Source of the DNA: a virus
Lineage: Duplodnaviria > Caudoviricetes
Direction: 5' to 3' (one strand)
IMG/VR virus record: IMGVR_UViG_3300050336_000035
Location: 32,001 to 96,000 of that record
Length of the DNA: 64,000 nt
The notes below the pieces were generated by a model that saw nothing but the letters and a program-made list of their open reading frames with translations, was not told where the DNA came from and did not search any database. Each line of letters starts with the position of its first letter. Position 1 is the first letter of the stretch. The position numbers and the translations under genes were made by a program. Positions 1-11,265 of the stretch are shown in pieces.

Positions 1-838
1 CTTATAGTGTGAATAGTAGATTAATCTGGAAACATGAAAGTGGTTATATAGTTGAAGCAACACAAGGACAAATATTTAAAACCTTAAAGGATGCAAAACA
101 AGCTGCTAAAACTCTACCATGGGAATAATAAAATTACCTAGTTTGCTGATATGAAGCAGACTACAAGCGTTATAATCTTAGCTTGTAAATATAAAAGATG
201 TTGGAATAAAAAATACATAATAGGAGCGTGAGCAGATATGAGGAAATTACAAAGAAATTTAAATGATTTGCTTAATAAAATCTATCTGGAACAGGCAAAA
301 GAAATACTAAACAAATATAATATTAAGGTAAGTAATAAATTATAGGACGGCTTAAAACCGTTCTATTTTCTTTTTATAGCCTTTTATTTAGGTCTGGTAT
401 ATAATTACATTGTCGGGCATGGTAGAGCCTTAAAACGGATTTTAGAGCATCATTGTGATTATATATTATTTTTATATTTTATATTGACTTTTGGTAAACA
501 CTTATGTTACTATTATATTGTGATTAATAGATAATATTTCTAAGCCAATTCTGGCAGATAAAATTTAATAATCTAGTGCAATGCTAGACAGTTTAGTTAA
601 AATTATTACATAAGGCTTTGAGCCGATAGAATAGGAGTGTTGAAAATGAAGGAATGTACAATAATGTTTAGTGTAATGGTCAATAACTGGGTAATAGCAG
701 AAGATGGACATTTTAACTATAAGGAAAATTTTGAGACAGCGGAACAGGCAGTAATTTCTGCTTATAGAAAAGGTTATACAACTATAAAAATTGAAACGAA
801 ATAGTCTGTTTATAACATGTTTGGAGGTGTAAAACAAC

Positions 839-3568
839 ATGAAATTTAAAAGGCATAAACTTTTTGATACTGGTATAATAGTTTATGATGGCGAATATAG
901 TAATATAAAATATAGAATCGTAAAAAGAGATAATGTATGGATACTCATGAGATTAAACAAAACTACCAATAAATATTATGATACTTTATGGTCATCAGCA
1001 GGAAAGTTGGCAGTATTTAAAAAATATATGATTGAATTAATTGCAAGTAATAAAATATAATGGAGGTTTTAAAATGAAAATTATAAAAGTATCTCAGAAT
1101 CCTTTTCGTAAGCATGAAGTTAAAAATCTGCCAAAAGACGCAGAATATAGACAACAAAGTATAAATGATAATGAAGTTTATTATAGTGAAACTAAACAAA
1201 GCTATTACGAAATAATAAAATAATATAAGTAAATAAAGAGGTATTTACTATGAATAAAGAAATTAAAAAGCTGATACTTGAAGGGGTTTTTATTACAGTA
1301 TGAACTATAATATGTATAATAGAATTTAATACATAGAATTCTGCTTTCATTTGGTTTTTTTAAATTTCTTGCGTGATATTAAAATAATAGTTGACAGCCA
1401 TTATTCTATCATGTTATAATGAATTATAAAATAATTTAAGGAGTGATTTAAATGAATAAATCAACAGTACAAATTAATTATGAAAAGGCAAACATGGTAG
1501 TAAATGCAATAGTTGAATGTACTTCTAATCCTGAAAACATCCAAATGTACATAGTAAGAGAATTTTACAAAGCATTTAATAATGAAAATATAGACCTTGC
1601 CTATCAGATAATAAATGAAGCATTTAACAAAAATCAAGTAGCAGGATACAAATATTTAGAATGCTGTGAACGCTGCGATAGAAAAGGCGAATTTTACGAT
1701 ATAGCAATGAAAAATCCTTTAATGAATCTAAACTAATATAAATATAAATGTTACTGTTAAAATGCATTATAACAATTTATAGTGCATTTTATAGAGTAAC
1801 ATTGTATAATATTGTTACTACTTGAAAAATGGGAAGGTGTTAATAATGAATTTGAAGACATATGAAAAGATGATGACCATTGAAGTAAAATCGACATTTG
1901 AAAAGAAAGCTATAAAAACAGAAACAACATTGAAAGCAGAACTGACTACTGATAATTTTAACTTTAAATCTATAATAGAATTTGAAAAAGAACGTCAAAA
2001 AATTGACCGTTTTATTAAAAGAATGATAAAGCAATGTCAGTATTTTGAAATGACTATAACTATATCTGAATATTCAAAGGATGAACAATACAATTGTAAA
2101 CAATTATCATTTAATCATTGGACATTTAACGGAATAGCTGATTATACTGAAAATGAGGAAGAAATGGGCGTTTATTTAAAGCCTGATATTAGATATACAC
2201 CAGAACATTTTGATGTATGGTATAATTTTACATTAGAATCTTTACCAGAAATAAATTAATAAGAGGGTGAAATCCCTCTTTTGGTTTTGATGAAATCAGC
2301 CTTTTATGTTGAAATTTGTCGAACTGTTTTTCTTTACAAATTATATTTATAATGCTATAATTTATTCATAAAATAAATTAATAAAGGAGTAATTAATATG
2401 TTATATGTTTTAAATAATAAAACCAATAAAAATAATTTTGTTGATGAAAATAAAACAGTTGATGAATTTGGAATGGAATTAATAAGCGAGATAAGAAAAG
2501 ACAATTCAGAGCAGATGCTTTCTGTTAGTTTTGGATGGAATAATGTTCATATAGTCGCTCATGGAACAGATTTTGACACGTGGATATATAACGATAAACA
2601 TCCAGTATTCCAAAGAGCATTAAAAAATAGTAATATTGAAATGATTACAATTAATAAATAGTGATAAAAGAAGGCTTTTATGTCATTTTTTGTCGAACAA
2701 TTTTTCTTGACATATTATATTTATAATGTTATACTTAATTCATAAAATAACTTGTGGAGGTGCTTTAGTATGGCATTAACTGGTGAAAATTTTTTAAGAA
2801 TAGACCGTCATAATTCTACTATAAATAACTTAAAAGGTAAAATTAATAAAGTAAAAAATGAATTTGATAGTTATATGAGAGTACAATATAATAAAGAAAT
2901 GGGTTATATAGATGGTGAGCCAGATACAGATATTTTTGTCAAATGTCATAAGTTTGAAAAAAGAATTGAGCGTTTAGAATACTTATTATATTGTGCAGAG
3001 TATGAAGAAAATAGAAGGAGAAACTGGAATTAATATACCTGAGCCTTGCAAGAGTATAAAACTTGTAAGGCTTATTTGATGTTAGAATAAATTGTTATTT
3101 ATATATTTACGATATCGGTTTGATATGGTAAAATTAATTATAGACTTCGGACGGAAGCGTGTGAGGAAACACTTAACCTGCCAATTTTTAAGTTATTTGA
3201 TATAAATATAATTATGAGATAATTACCTATTGAATTTAATAATATAATATGGTAATATATATACATGATAGTTAATACATATTTAGGAGGGTGAGAACAT
3301 GCTAAAAGAATTAAAAGAAAAAACATATCAGAATTTTTATATCAATGAAGAAAATGAAATAGTTGGAATAGTTACACCAAAGGAAAAATGGAAAATCAAA
3401 GAACCAGCAGAATTGCAAGCATATTACATAGATAAAATATACAAACTAAAAAGCGGAATGCAAGTACAATTTGTATCTGAAAGAATAAGAAAGTTAGAAA
3501 AACAATTAACTCAGCTAACAAGAGAAATGAATAAAAGATGTACAATGAATGTTGAAGCCGTAAATTAA
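839..3568 (+). other. Run of small hypothetical early genes (839-1060, ~1074-1223, 1452-1736, ~1846-2259, 2398-2661, ~2770-3033, 3299-3568)
   Basis: ORF track, SD sites and several sigmaA-like promoters; no recognisable motifs. Confidence 0.7.
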
Positions 3569-4170
3569 TATGGCTTTTCTTTTATCTTAAATATATCAAG
3601 TCCGTATAAGTCATTTTAAGCCATTATATTAATATCAGTAATATAATAAGCCTTGCGGAGTGCTAAAACGGTTTAAAAGGATTCTAGGCAGTATCTAATA
3701 TAAAAACCACATAAAATGTTGTTTTCAATCACAAATTAAGCTACCCTAAAAAACTGGGTAGCTTTTTTATTTTACATCAGCCGAGCGTATAAAATCAAAG
3801 TCACAGAATCGCTTTAAAACGATTTTTAGGGCATAGGTAATATAATTAGTATGCAGAGATTTTATAAACGCTTAAAAAGGCTAATAATACATTGTATTTA
3901 TTATTAATATTATTTTTGTAACATAGTTGTATTTTTCCAATAATAAGCATATAATATAAATGTATTTACAAATACAATTATTTCACGTTGGGGAAGCTGA
4001 AAAAGCAATAAAAACATAAGCAAATATAAATATAAAATAAATTTAGAAAAATATTAAAAATAGTATTGACATACTAAAAGAATGAGAGTATACTAAAAGA
4101 GTACCAGAGAGGTACACAAAATAAATTTTATAAATCCTCGTACTAAGTCGAGGTAGAAAGCGAGTACAAT

Positions 4171-4587
4171 ATGACAAATTCAAAAATCGAAAGTTTAGCA
4201 AGATTCTTAGAAGTAGAAACAGAAGAAATTTCACAAGGTTACAGCGAAAATATTTTTGAATATGGTAATCAAGAATATTTAATTCTTACAGAAGAAGAAG
4301 CAGATAATGCAGTAAAAGAAAATATAGAAGAATCTGTTTGGGCGTTTAACGCAAACTTTATTCTCGACCATACTAATATTGAATGGAATTCAAGAATAGA
4401 AAAATCATTAAAAAGAATGCAAGAAGAACTTTCCGAAGATGCCAACGACTTATTAAAAGCTATGATAACAGATTTTGACGAGTTCGTTGAAGATGCAATT
4501 TCAGCAGATGGCAGAGGACATTTTTTAGCTGGTTATGATGGAGAAGAAAACGAACAAGATGAATATTATATTTATAGGAATAACTAA
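4171..4587 (+). CDS. Acidic hypothetical phage protein
   Basis: 138-aa ORF with SD; very Glu/Asp-rich. Confidence 0.8.
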   Translation: MTNSKIESLARFLEVETEEISQGYSENIFEYGNQEYLILTEEEADNAVKENIEESVWAFNANFILDHTNIEWNSRIEKSLKRMQEELSEDANDLLKAMITDFDEFVEDAISADGRGHFLAGYDGEENEQDEYYIYRNN

Positions 4588-4588
4588 A

Positions 4589-4654
4589 GTCGAAACTAGC
4601 CATAACAGGCTAGTATATACAAGATGGTAACTTGTATACTGATGAGACAAACCA
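4589..4654 (+). ncRNA. Type II hammerhead ribozyme
   Basis: GTC-GAAA-[CTAGCC/GGCTAG]-TA-[TATACAAG/CTTGTATA]-CTGATGA-GAC; loop TGGT can pair with downstream ACCA; predicted cleavage after GTA at 4615. Confidence 0.9.
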
Positions 4655-4705
4655 AAATTTTATTAATCCTAGTATATTAAATCTAGGTAGAAAGTAGGTT
4701 ATAAA

Positions 4706-5104
4706 ATGAGTATATCAACAACGTTCAAACAGTTTGAGATTAAGGCAAGTTATAAAGGTGATAAAAAATGGAATGATGATACAAACAATTGGAATAATCA
4801 CATGATAAAAGTTACCAATACAGAAACAAAACAGAGTATAGCTTTTGAATTTTGGAGTAGTATTGTAAAACCTGAAATAACAGAAGAAAAAGAAGTATTA
4901 TTTGCTTTTGAATGTTTAATTTTAGATTCAATAGCAGGAGATAAATATTTTGAAGATTTTTGTTCTGAATTTGGATATGATACAGATAGTCGAAAAGCTG
5001 AAAAGATACACAAAAAATGTATTAAACAACTTGAAAAATTAAAAAAAATATATGATGGTGATATTTACGAGTTAGTTAATGAATTGCAGGAGGTAGCAGG
5101 ATAA
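4706..5104 (+). CDS. Hypothetical phage protein
   Basis: 132-aa ORF; FEDFCSEFGYDTDSRKAEK motif. Confidence 0.8.
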   Translation: MSISTTFKQFEIKASYKGDKKWNDDTNNWNNHMIKVTNTETKQSIAFEFWSSIVKPEITEEKEVLFAFECLILDSIAGDKYFEDFCSEFGYDTDSRKAEKIHKKCIKQLEKLKKIYDGDIYELVNELQEVAG

Positions 5105-5319
5105 TGAGCAGACCACAAGCATATCAACCAGAACAAGGTTATAAATATCAAATTTTAACACGTAACAGCCAATATTCAAGAGCCTTCGAGCATTGTGATT
5201 ATGCAAAAGATAATAAAGAAAAGAAATACTTAATTGAAAATTACCGTCAAGCCTATGGCATAGGGTGGGAATTTAAAAGTATAATGTTACCTGAAAAATA
5301 TTGGACAGAAAAACAATAA
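5104..5319 (+). CDS. Hypothetical phage protein
   Basis: 71-aa ORF overlapping the upstream stop. Confidence 0.75.
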   Translation: MSRPQAYQPEQGYKYQILTRNSQYSRAFEHCDYAKDNKEKKYLIENYRQAYGIGWEFKSIMLPEKYWTEKQ

Positions 5320-5431
5320 TATAAAAAGGCATAAATCAAAGTAACAGAATGTGTAAATCTTTGTAGCTGATAGAATAATCCTTAACAGGGTATTTTATCA
5401 GCTATTTTTATTTTTTGGAGGTAACATAGTA

Positions 5432-6223
5432 ATGAATATAATTAAGATATCAGAACAAGTTTTTGAGACTATACAAAACAATGATATATTACCAATAGAA
5501 AAAGAACATTTACCATATAACACAATATGCATTGCGTTTCCTTATTCTTTTTTACGCTCATCCGATGAAATGATAGATGATGCTATTAAAGAATTAAAAG
5601 TAAAAGCCAATCAACAGGGTATAGGATTAAAGAAAATGCTAGAAGATAGAAAGCAAGAAATTGAGGAACAACAAAGAAAGATAATTAATTACTGTAACAG
5701 TGACTTACATGTAATATTCAATATTAATAATTTTGAAATAACAGTAAAACACAGTAGACCGCAAATAATAGGAGTATCGGAGCAAGTTTTATTTCATGGT
5801 GTAAAGGCTTTTGAATTTGTGCCAATGATTAAAGTAAATCAAATGAGTGATAATGGTATATGGTTTTATAATACTATGGTTAAATTGGTATCTGGTGTAA
5901 TATATGCTATTAATAATATGAATATCGAGGTAACAGAGACTACAGAAAATATCAAGTCAAACAGTAACAGACCAACAAAAACCAATAATGAGAAAATACG
6001 TTATATTTCTAATATTAAATATCTTAATTCTACTATAACAGATGGACAAAGTACAAGCCATGAAAAACGTATATTCAATATGGAGGCATGGGAAGTTCGA
6101 GGACATTGGAGACATTATCAAAACGGAAGTAAAATTTGGGTTAATGCTTATGTCAAAGGAGATAAGGAAAAGCTACGTAACAGCGATAATATATATAAGC
6201 TGAATAAAATTGATATTGACTAG
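5432..6223 (+). CDS. Hypothetical phage protein with C-terminal VRGHWR motif
   Basis: 263 aa; WEVRGHWRHYQNGSKIWVNAYVKG. Confidence 0.8.
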   Translation: MNIIKISEQVFETIQNNDILPIEKEHLPYNTICIAFPYSFLRSSDEMIDDAIKELKVKANQQGIGLKKMLEDRKQEIEEQQRKIINYCNSDLHVIFNINNFEITVKHSRPQIIGVSEQVLFHGVKAFEFVPMIKVNQMSDNGIWFYNTMVKLVSGVIYAINNMNIEVTETTENIKSNSNRPTKTNNEKIRYISNIKYLNSTITDGQSTSHEKRIFNMEAWEVRGHWRHYQNGSKIWVNAYVKGDKEKLRNSDNIYKLNKIDID

Positions 6224-6698
6224 GTAACAGCCGATATTTAATGATGCCGAGGTAACAGCACTAAATTTTTATTCCAAGGGTAACAGCGAGGTGAAATTAT
6301 ATGAAGCAATATTCACAGAAAGATATTGAAAATTTGATAAATCAGTATAACAGAACTGACAAGCAGATTATAAAAAAGAATACAGTTAGAATATTATCAG
6401 AATCAGGATATCAATATACAGATATAGCAAACAGGACAGGTATAGGAGTACAAACCCTTTACCAATATAACAAAGAGTATGTAACAAATTACCCTAACTT
6501 TTTAACAGCTTTGAAGATTGCTAATTTTTTGGAAATTGATATAACAGAATTCATTTTGAATAGCAAGGAAAATTTAATGATTAGAGGGTAACAGCACTTG
6601 ATTTTTATTGCATGAGATTTTTATAATTCTCTAGGTAACAGCAATGGTTTTGAGTTACGGAGGGTAACAGCAAGACTTTTAAATCACTAAGGTAACAG
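6223..6698 (+). repeat. Phased GGTAACAG(C) direct repeats flanking an HTH gene
   Basis: Copies at 6223, 6251, 6279 and 6587, 6634, 6663, 6691 (mostly 28-29 bp period). Confidence 0.85.
6301..6591 (+). CDS. XRE/Cro-type HTH protein
   Basis: YTDIANRTGIGVQTLYQY...PNFLTALKIANFLEIDITEF. Confidence 0.8.
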   Translation: MKQYSQKDIENLINQYNRTDKQIIKKNTVRILSESGYQYTDIANRTGIGVQTLYQYNKEYVTNYPNFLTALKIANFLEIDITEFILNSKENLMIRG

Positions 6699-6855
6699 AA
6701 CTTAAAAAATGTTTCAAGAAATATTTATGATTAGTATTGACAGACTATTATAACAGGTATATAATAGAATTATGGAATGTAAATTAATTATATTAATAAC
6801 AGAAAACAGAATGAAAGTTGAATTTGGTCATATTATGAAAGGATGGTAAAGTATT

Positions 6856-8425
6856 ATGATGAACACATTTGTTAGAGGAGAAGTTTATAACACAGTGAAT
6901 GGTATAGTTGTTGTTTTAAATGCAGAACTTAATTCAGATTATGCAATAGTAGCAAACGTAAAAGAAAGTATAAATGATGAAGTTCCTTATGTAAAAATGA
7001 TTGATTTTGATTCTAAAAAGTACTTAGAAATGGGAGCAAAACCTGTTAAGAAAAGCGATATAACTAATTTTTTAGGAATTGCGTCAAAATCAGTTGAAAA
7101 ATTAGAAAAGAAAATTACTAAATGGTTAGATAATAGACCCGAAAAAGTATGGAATGGTACTGAATGGGTAACAGTTCAATAGTTAAAATGAATATTACAA
7201 TTTATAACATATTTAATTGCTACAAAGTAGCAGAAAGAGAGTATTATTATGATGAATATGGAAGTACTTAAAGGTTCTGGAGTTAATGCTGATACTATAG
7301 AGATTATAGTAAGACATGATTCATCCGAGATATTTAAAAAGAAATATTACTATGGATATAGTGTTAGTTATAAGGCTATATTTGCCACAAAAGATAAACC
7401 TCTTGACAAAGACCTCATACAAGATATTGCACAACAGTATAATATACCTTCTGAAAGTATTATATATGGTCAAGGAGTAAACGTATTCAAGGGTTAATTG
7501 TTATAGAAGGTGGATTTGGTCACATAACAAATTTAAGGAGTGCTTAACAATGGAAATACCGAAATATATAATAGAACTGCTTGAACGTTCAAAATATTCA
7601 TATGATAAAAGTCTTTCCAAGAATGAAGATTATGCAGTAGGCTATACAATAGAAATACACAAAAGAACAGAATATGCATATGTATCTACATTAAATGAAG
7701 AAATTGAAAAATTACAAAAATTTGTAATTAAGAATAACAGTGACTGCAAAATATTATCTATACCTAAAGAGACACATTACAATGACCAGTATGCAGTAAT
7801 TACAATCTTTGACCCGATAATGAAACATTTAGAACAGTATATAAAATAAGATTTTTATTATATTAATAAAGGAGATTAAAAATATGTTTAAAATTGAAGT
7901 TGTTGCAAGGATTTATTATACTTGTAATTTATCAAATGAGGATGAGAAGAAAGTGATAAATTATATTAAAGAAAATTATGAAGAATTTAAATTTATGAGT
8001 GAAAAAGATAAAATACTTAAAGCTGTAGAAGAGTTATATTCAAATAACAAAATAGATGTATATAAAAATTCTACCGAAAGCGATATGTCTACAGAGGAAT
8101 TTAACTGGTCTGAGTTTGAAGAAAGAGACGCTGAGGATATTATATCTGGTAAATAATTGCATAAAACAAGGTATTCATCCAGAAATTAAGGAGGTTTAAA
8201 ATGAATAAAGTTAAGACATCTAATGACTTTGAATTATTTACAAAAATTTATATTACAGGACATGATGGTGAATGTTCCATTAGTGAAACAATAAAAGATT
8301 TTGAATCACATAGAGAAGACTTTGAATTTAATTTTAACAACAACGACATAATTAATGTATTTAAGAACTTGGAGAGTAAAAAGCAGATTCAAAAAAGAAC
8401 GAATGATATTTATTATGTGTGGTAA
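6856..8425 (+). other. Five small hypothetical genes (6856-7182, 7249-7497, 7550-7849, 7884-8156, 8201-8425), each bracketed by dyad sites
   Basis: ORF track; sites at 6811, 7188, 7503, 7841, 8161, 8433. Confidence 0.75.
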
Positions 8426-8540
8426 TAACATGATGAAAGTATAATTTCATTCAAAAATTATTTTAATATTTTATATTGACTTTATTAAAATAATTTGATA
8501 TTATATAAACATAAAATAATTCTAAAGGAGAGATTACATA

Positions 8541-9071
8541 ATGAAAAACTTACAAATTGTCACAGATGAGAGTGTTTTAAGAAAAGAGTGTACACCAATA
8601 GATAAGAATGATAATATAAAGGATTTACTTGAATCAGCAAATGGAATGTTAAAACTTATGCTTGAAAAAGAAGGAGTAGGGATAGCTGCTCCACAGGTAG
8701 GAATCAATAAAAGATTTTTTATTGCTTTTGTTGAAATAGAAGAAGGAAAGTTGTATCCTCAATTATTTATTAATCCAGTAATAACAAATAAGAGTGAAAA
8801 AATGAATGAAGGTTCGGAAGGTTGTTTGAGTATTCCTGATTGCTCTGGAATGGTTAGCAGACATGAATATATAACAGTAAAATATTATGATATTGCTACG
8901 GATAAGACAATTCAAAAAGAATTTACAGGTTTTAGTGCTACGGTAATTCAACATGAATATGACCATTTAGAAGGTATTTTATACACTGATAAGGCTGAAA
9001 ACATAATATCCACAAAACTTCTTAATGGACATGAAAGACATAATGCATTAAAGGAATTAGTTGCAAACTAA
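8541..9071 (+). CDS. def: Peptide deformylase
   Basis: GVGIAAPQVG, EGCLSIP and QHEYDHLEG motifs. Confidence 0.95.
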   Translation: MKNLQIVTDESVLRKECTPIDKNDNIKDLLESANGMLKLMLEKEGVGIAAPQVGINKRFFIAFVEIEEGKLYPQLFINPVITNKSEKMNEGSEGCLSIPDCSGMVSRHEYITVKYYDIATDKTIQKEFTGFSATVIQHEYDHLEGILYTDKAENIISTKLLNGHERHNALKELVAN

Positions 9072-9101
9072 ATAATATAAGTAAGTAAGGAAGGTGAAGA
9101 T

Positions 9102-10118
9102 GTGAAAAAATTAAATGTATCATGGACTGTAAAAAAAATAGTATATAATATTGATAAAGGAAATGTATTGTTTAACCATCCTATTCAACGTAAATCGGGA
9201 CAATGGTCAGATGAACAAAAAAGTTTATTAATACATAGTTTGTTATCAGATTATCCTGTACCGCCATTATATGCTGTACAAGACCAAAATGAAAATAGTA
9301 GTAAATATTCTGTTTTGGATGGAAAACAAAGACTTACTGTTTTACAGAATTATATTAAAGACGGATGGAAATTAATGAAAGAAATGCCGGAAGTAATAAT
9401 AAATGAAACTACATATGATATAAGTGGTTTAAAATTTTCACAACTTCCAGAAGATGCAAGAGAGGAATTGGAATCAGCAAATTTATTAATGTACATATTT
9501 GAGGATTGTTCAGATGATGAAATTGAAGAAATATTTTACCGTCTTAATAATGGAACAGCATTAACTAAAGACCAAAAAACTCGTATAAGATTAGGTGATA
9601 GGCTTGCTAGATTTATTGATGAAGTTTTAGAACTAGACTTCTTTAAGACTAAAGCATATTTTTCACCATATCAATTAAAAAGAGCTGAAGACCAAACATG
9701 TATATTACAAACATTAATGTTGCTTGTTGATTACAAATATAAAACATTTAATAATAGTGATGTTTTAGAATTTGCAGAATATTATCGAGAAAACTATAAA
9801 GAAGATGATTTGCAAGAATGTATTAAGCTATTTAGATTGCTTGATAACGCATTTACTGAAAAACATAAACAGATTAAAAAAATTAATATACCTATGTTTG
9901 TAATGGCATTAAAGGCAACATTAGATATGGATTCTTCCTTTGAATTATATTCTGGTTGGGTAAATAAATTTATTGATAGTTATAATCCAAAATGTGAATA
10001 TGCACAGTATTGTGGACAAGGAAGTACTCATAAAGATAAAATTTTAAAACGTCTTGATTTAACTTATAATGATTTAATAGATTATATTTCTGAAAAGGAG
10101 GTACACAATGAGTTTTAA
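9102..10118 (+). CDS. DUF262 (GmrS-like ParB/Srx) domain protein
   Basis: PIQR...W, VLDGKQRLT, IFYRLNNG motifs. Confidence 0.8.
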   Translation: MKKLNVSWTVKKIVYNIDKGNVLFNHPIQRKSGQWSDEQKSLLIHSLLSDYPVPPLYAVQDQNENSSKYSVLDGKQRLTVLQNYIKDGWKLMKEMPEVIINETTYDISGLKFSQLPEDAREELESANLLMYIFEDCSDDEIEEIFYRLNNGTALTKDQKTRIRLGDRLARFIDEVLELDFFKTKAYFSPYQLKRAEDQTCILQTLMLLVDYKYKTFNNSDVLEFAEYYRENYKEDDLQECIKLFRLLDNAFTEKHKQIKKINIPMFVMALKATLDMDSSFELYSGWVNKFIDSYNPKCEYAQYCGQGSTHKDKILKRLDLTYNDLIDYISEKEVHNEF

Positions 10119-11250
10119 TATAGATATTAAAAAAATAAAACCTCATCCTAGAAATAAAGAAATTTATGGTGAGGAAAATATTAATGAACTTGCAGAACAA
10201 ATTATAAAAAGCAACTGGATAAATCCTATTCTTATTAATGATGATAATATAATTATTAGTGGACATAGACGTTATCTAGCATGTTTAATAATTGGTTTAT
10301 TAGAAATTCCTTGTGAACGTATTACATTTAAAGATAAAAACGATGAACTTGAAAGGCTTCTTCTTGAGAATCAATATAGAGAAAAAACAATCTATCAAAA
10401 AATGAAAGAATCAGAAGTTTGGCAAGAGATTGAACCAGAATTAGCTAAAAAAAGGAGATTAGCGAATTTAAAACAAAATTCCGATAAGGACAATTGTCCT
10501 ATTCGGCAAGATGGTCAAGTTCGCGATATTATTGCTGAGAAAGTAGGATTGGGTTCTGGACGTACATATGAAAGAGCAATGCCTGCTGTAAAGAAAATAG
10601 ATGAATTAAAATCACAAGGAAAAGAAAAAGATGCTGAATTTCTTACAGTTGTTTTAAATGGAAGTGTAAGAGGGGCAAAGGATTTGTCTGAAATAGAATC
10701 ATTTGATGAAATATCTAATGAGATTAAAGAAAAAGTAATTAATAAGGAAATTCCTGTGATAAATGCAGTAAAACAAATACGAAATGACTTAGGAATAATA
10801 ACTGATAATAAAAAACAAACAATAAAAAAGAATAGTGAAAAAATCAAGAAGACGAAAATTTGTAATAAATGTGGGGAAGAAAAATCAATATTAGAATTTT
10901 ATGAAGGTAAAAATTATTGTAGAGATTGTCAAAATTCTAATAGAACAAGACAGTTTAAAGATGTTCATGGTAATATTATTCCTACAGACAAAGAAAAATT
11001 AAAAGGAATAGATTTAGATGCTATAGAAGCTGATATAAAAGATACAAATAAAAGCGTTAAAAATAATGATTATGACACTATTACTATGGAAATACAAGCA
11101 AATATAAGTATTTTTATGAACTCAATAAGAAGAATTGTAGAAAGTGAAGATTCTTATGAGGAAATGGATATCTGTAATAAAAATAAGTTATTAGATGCTA
11201 TTAATATGGTGGAAGACACTATTAATATAATAAAAAATAAATTAATTTAA
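10108..11250 (+). CDS. ParB/Spo0J N-terminal domain protein with HTH and Zn-finger region
   Basis: PHPRNKEIYG, IISGHRRYLA, LLENQYRE; CNKC...CRDC. Confidence 0.8.
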   Translation: MSFNIDIKKIKPHPRNKEIYGEENINELAEQIIKSNWINPILINDDNIIISGHRRYLACLIIGLLEIPCERITFKDKNDELERLLLENQYREKTIYQKMKESEVWQEIEPELAKKRRLANLKQNSDKDNCPIRQDGQVRDIIAEKVGLGSGRTYERAMPAVKKIDELKSQGKEKDAEFLTVVLNGSVRGAKDLSEIESFDEISNEIKEKVINKEIPVINAVKQIRNDLGIITDNKKQTIKKNSEKIKKTKICNKCGEEKSILEFYEGKNYCRDCQNSNRTRQFKDVHGNIIPTDKEKLKGIDLDAIEADIKDTNKSVKNNDYDTITMEIQANISIFMNSIRRIVESEDSYEEMDICNKNKLLDAINMVEDTINIIKNKLI

Positions 11251-11265
11251 AAGGAGATTACAATT

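Noticed and set aside
6223-6698. GGTAACAG repeats as a CRISPR array
   Set aside because: Repeat is only 8-9 bp, interrupted by a gene, and has no cas genes
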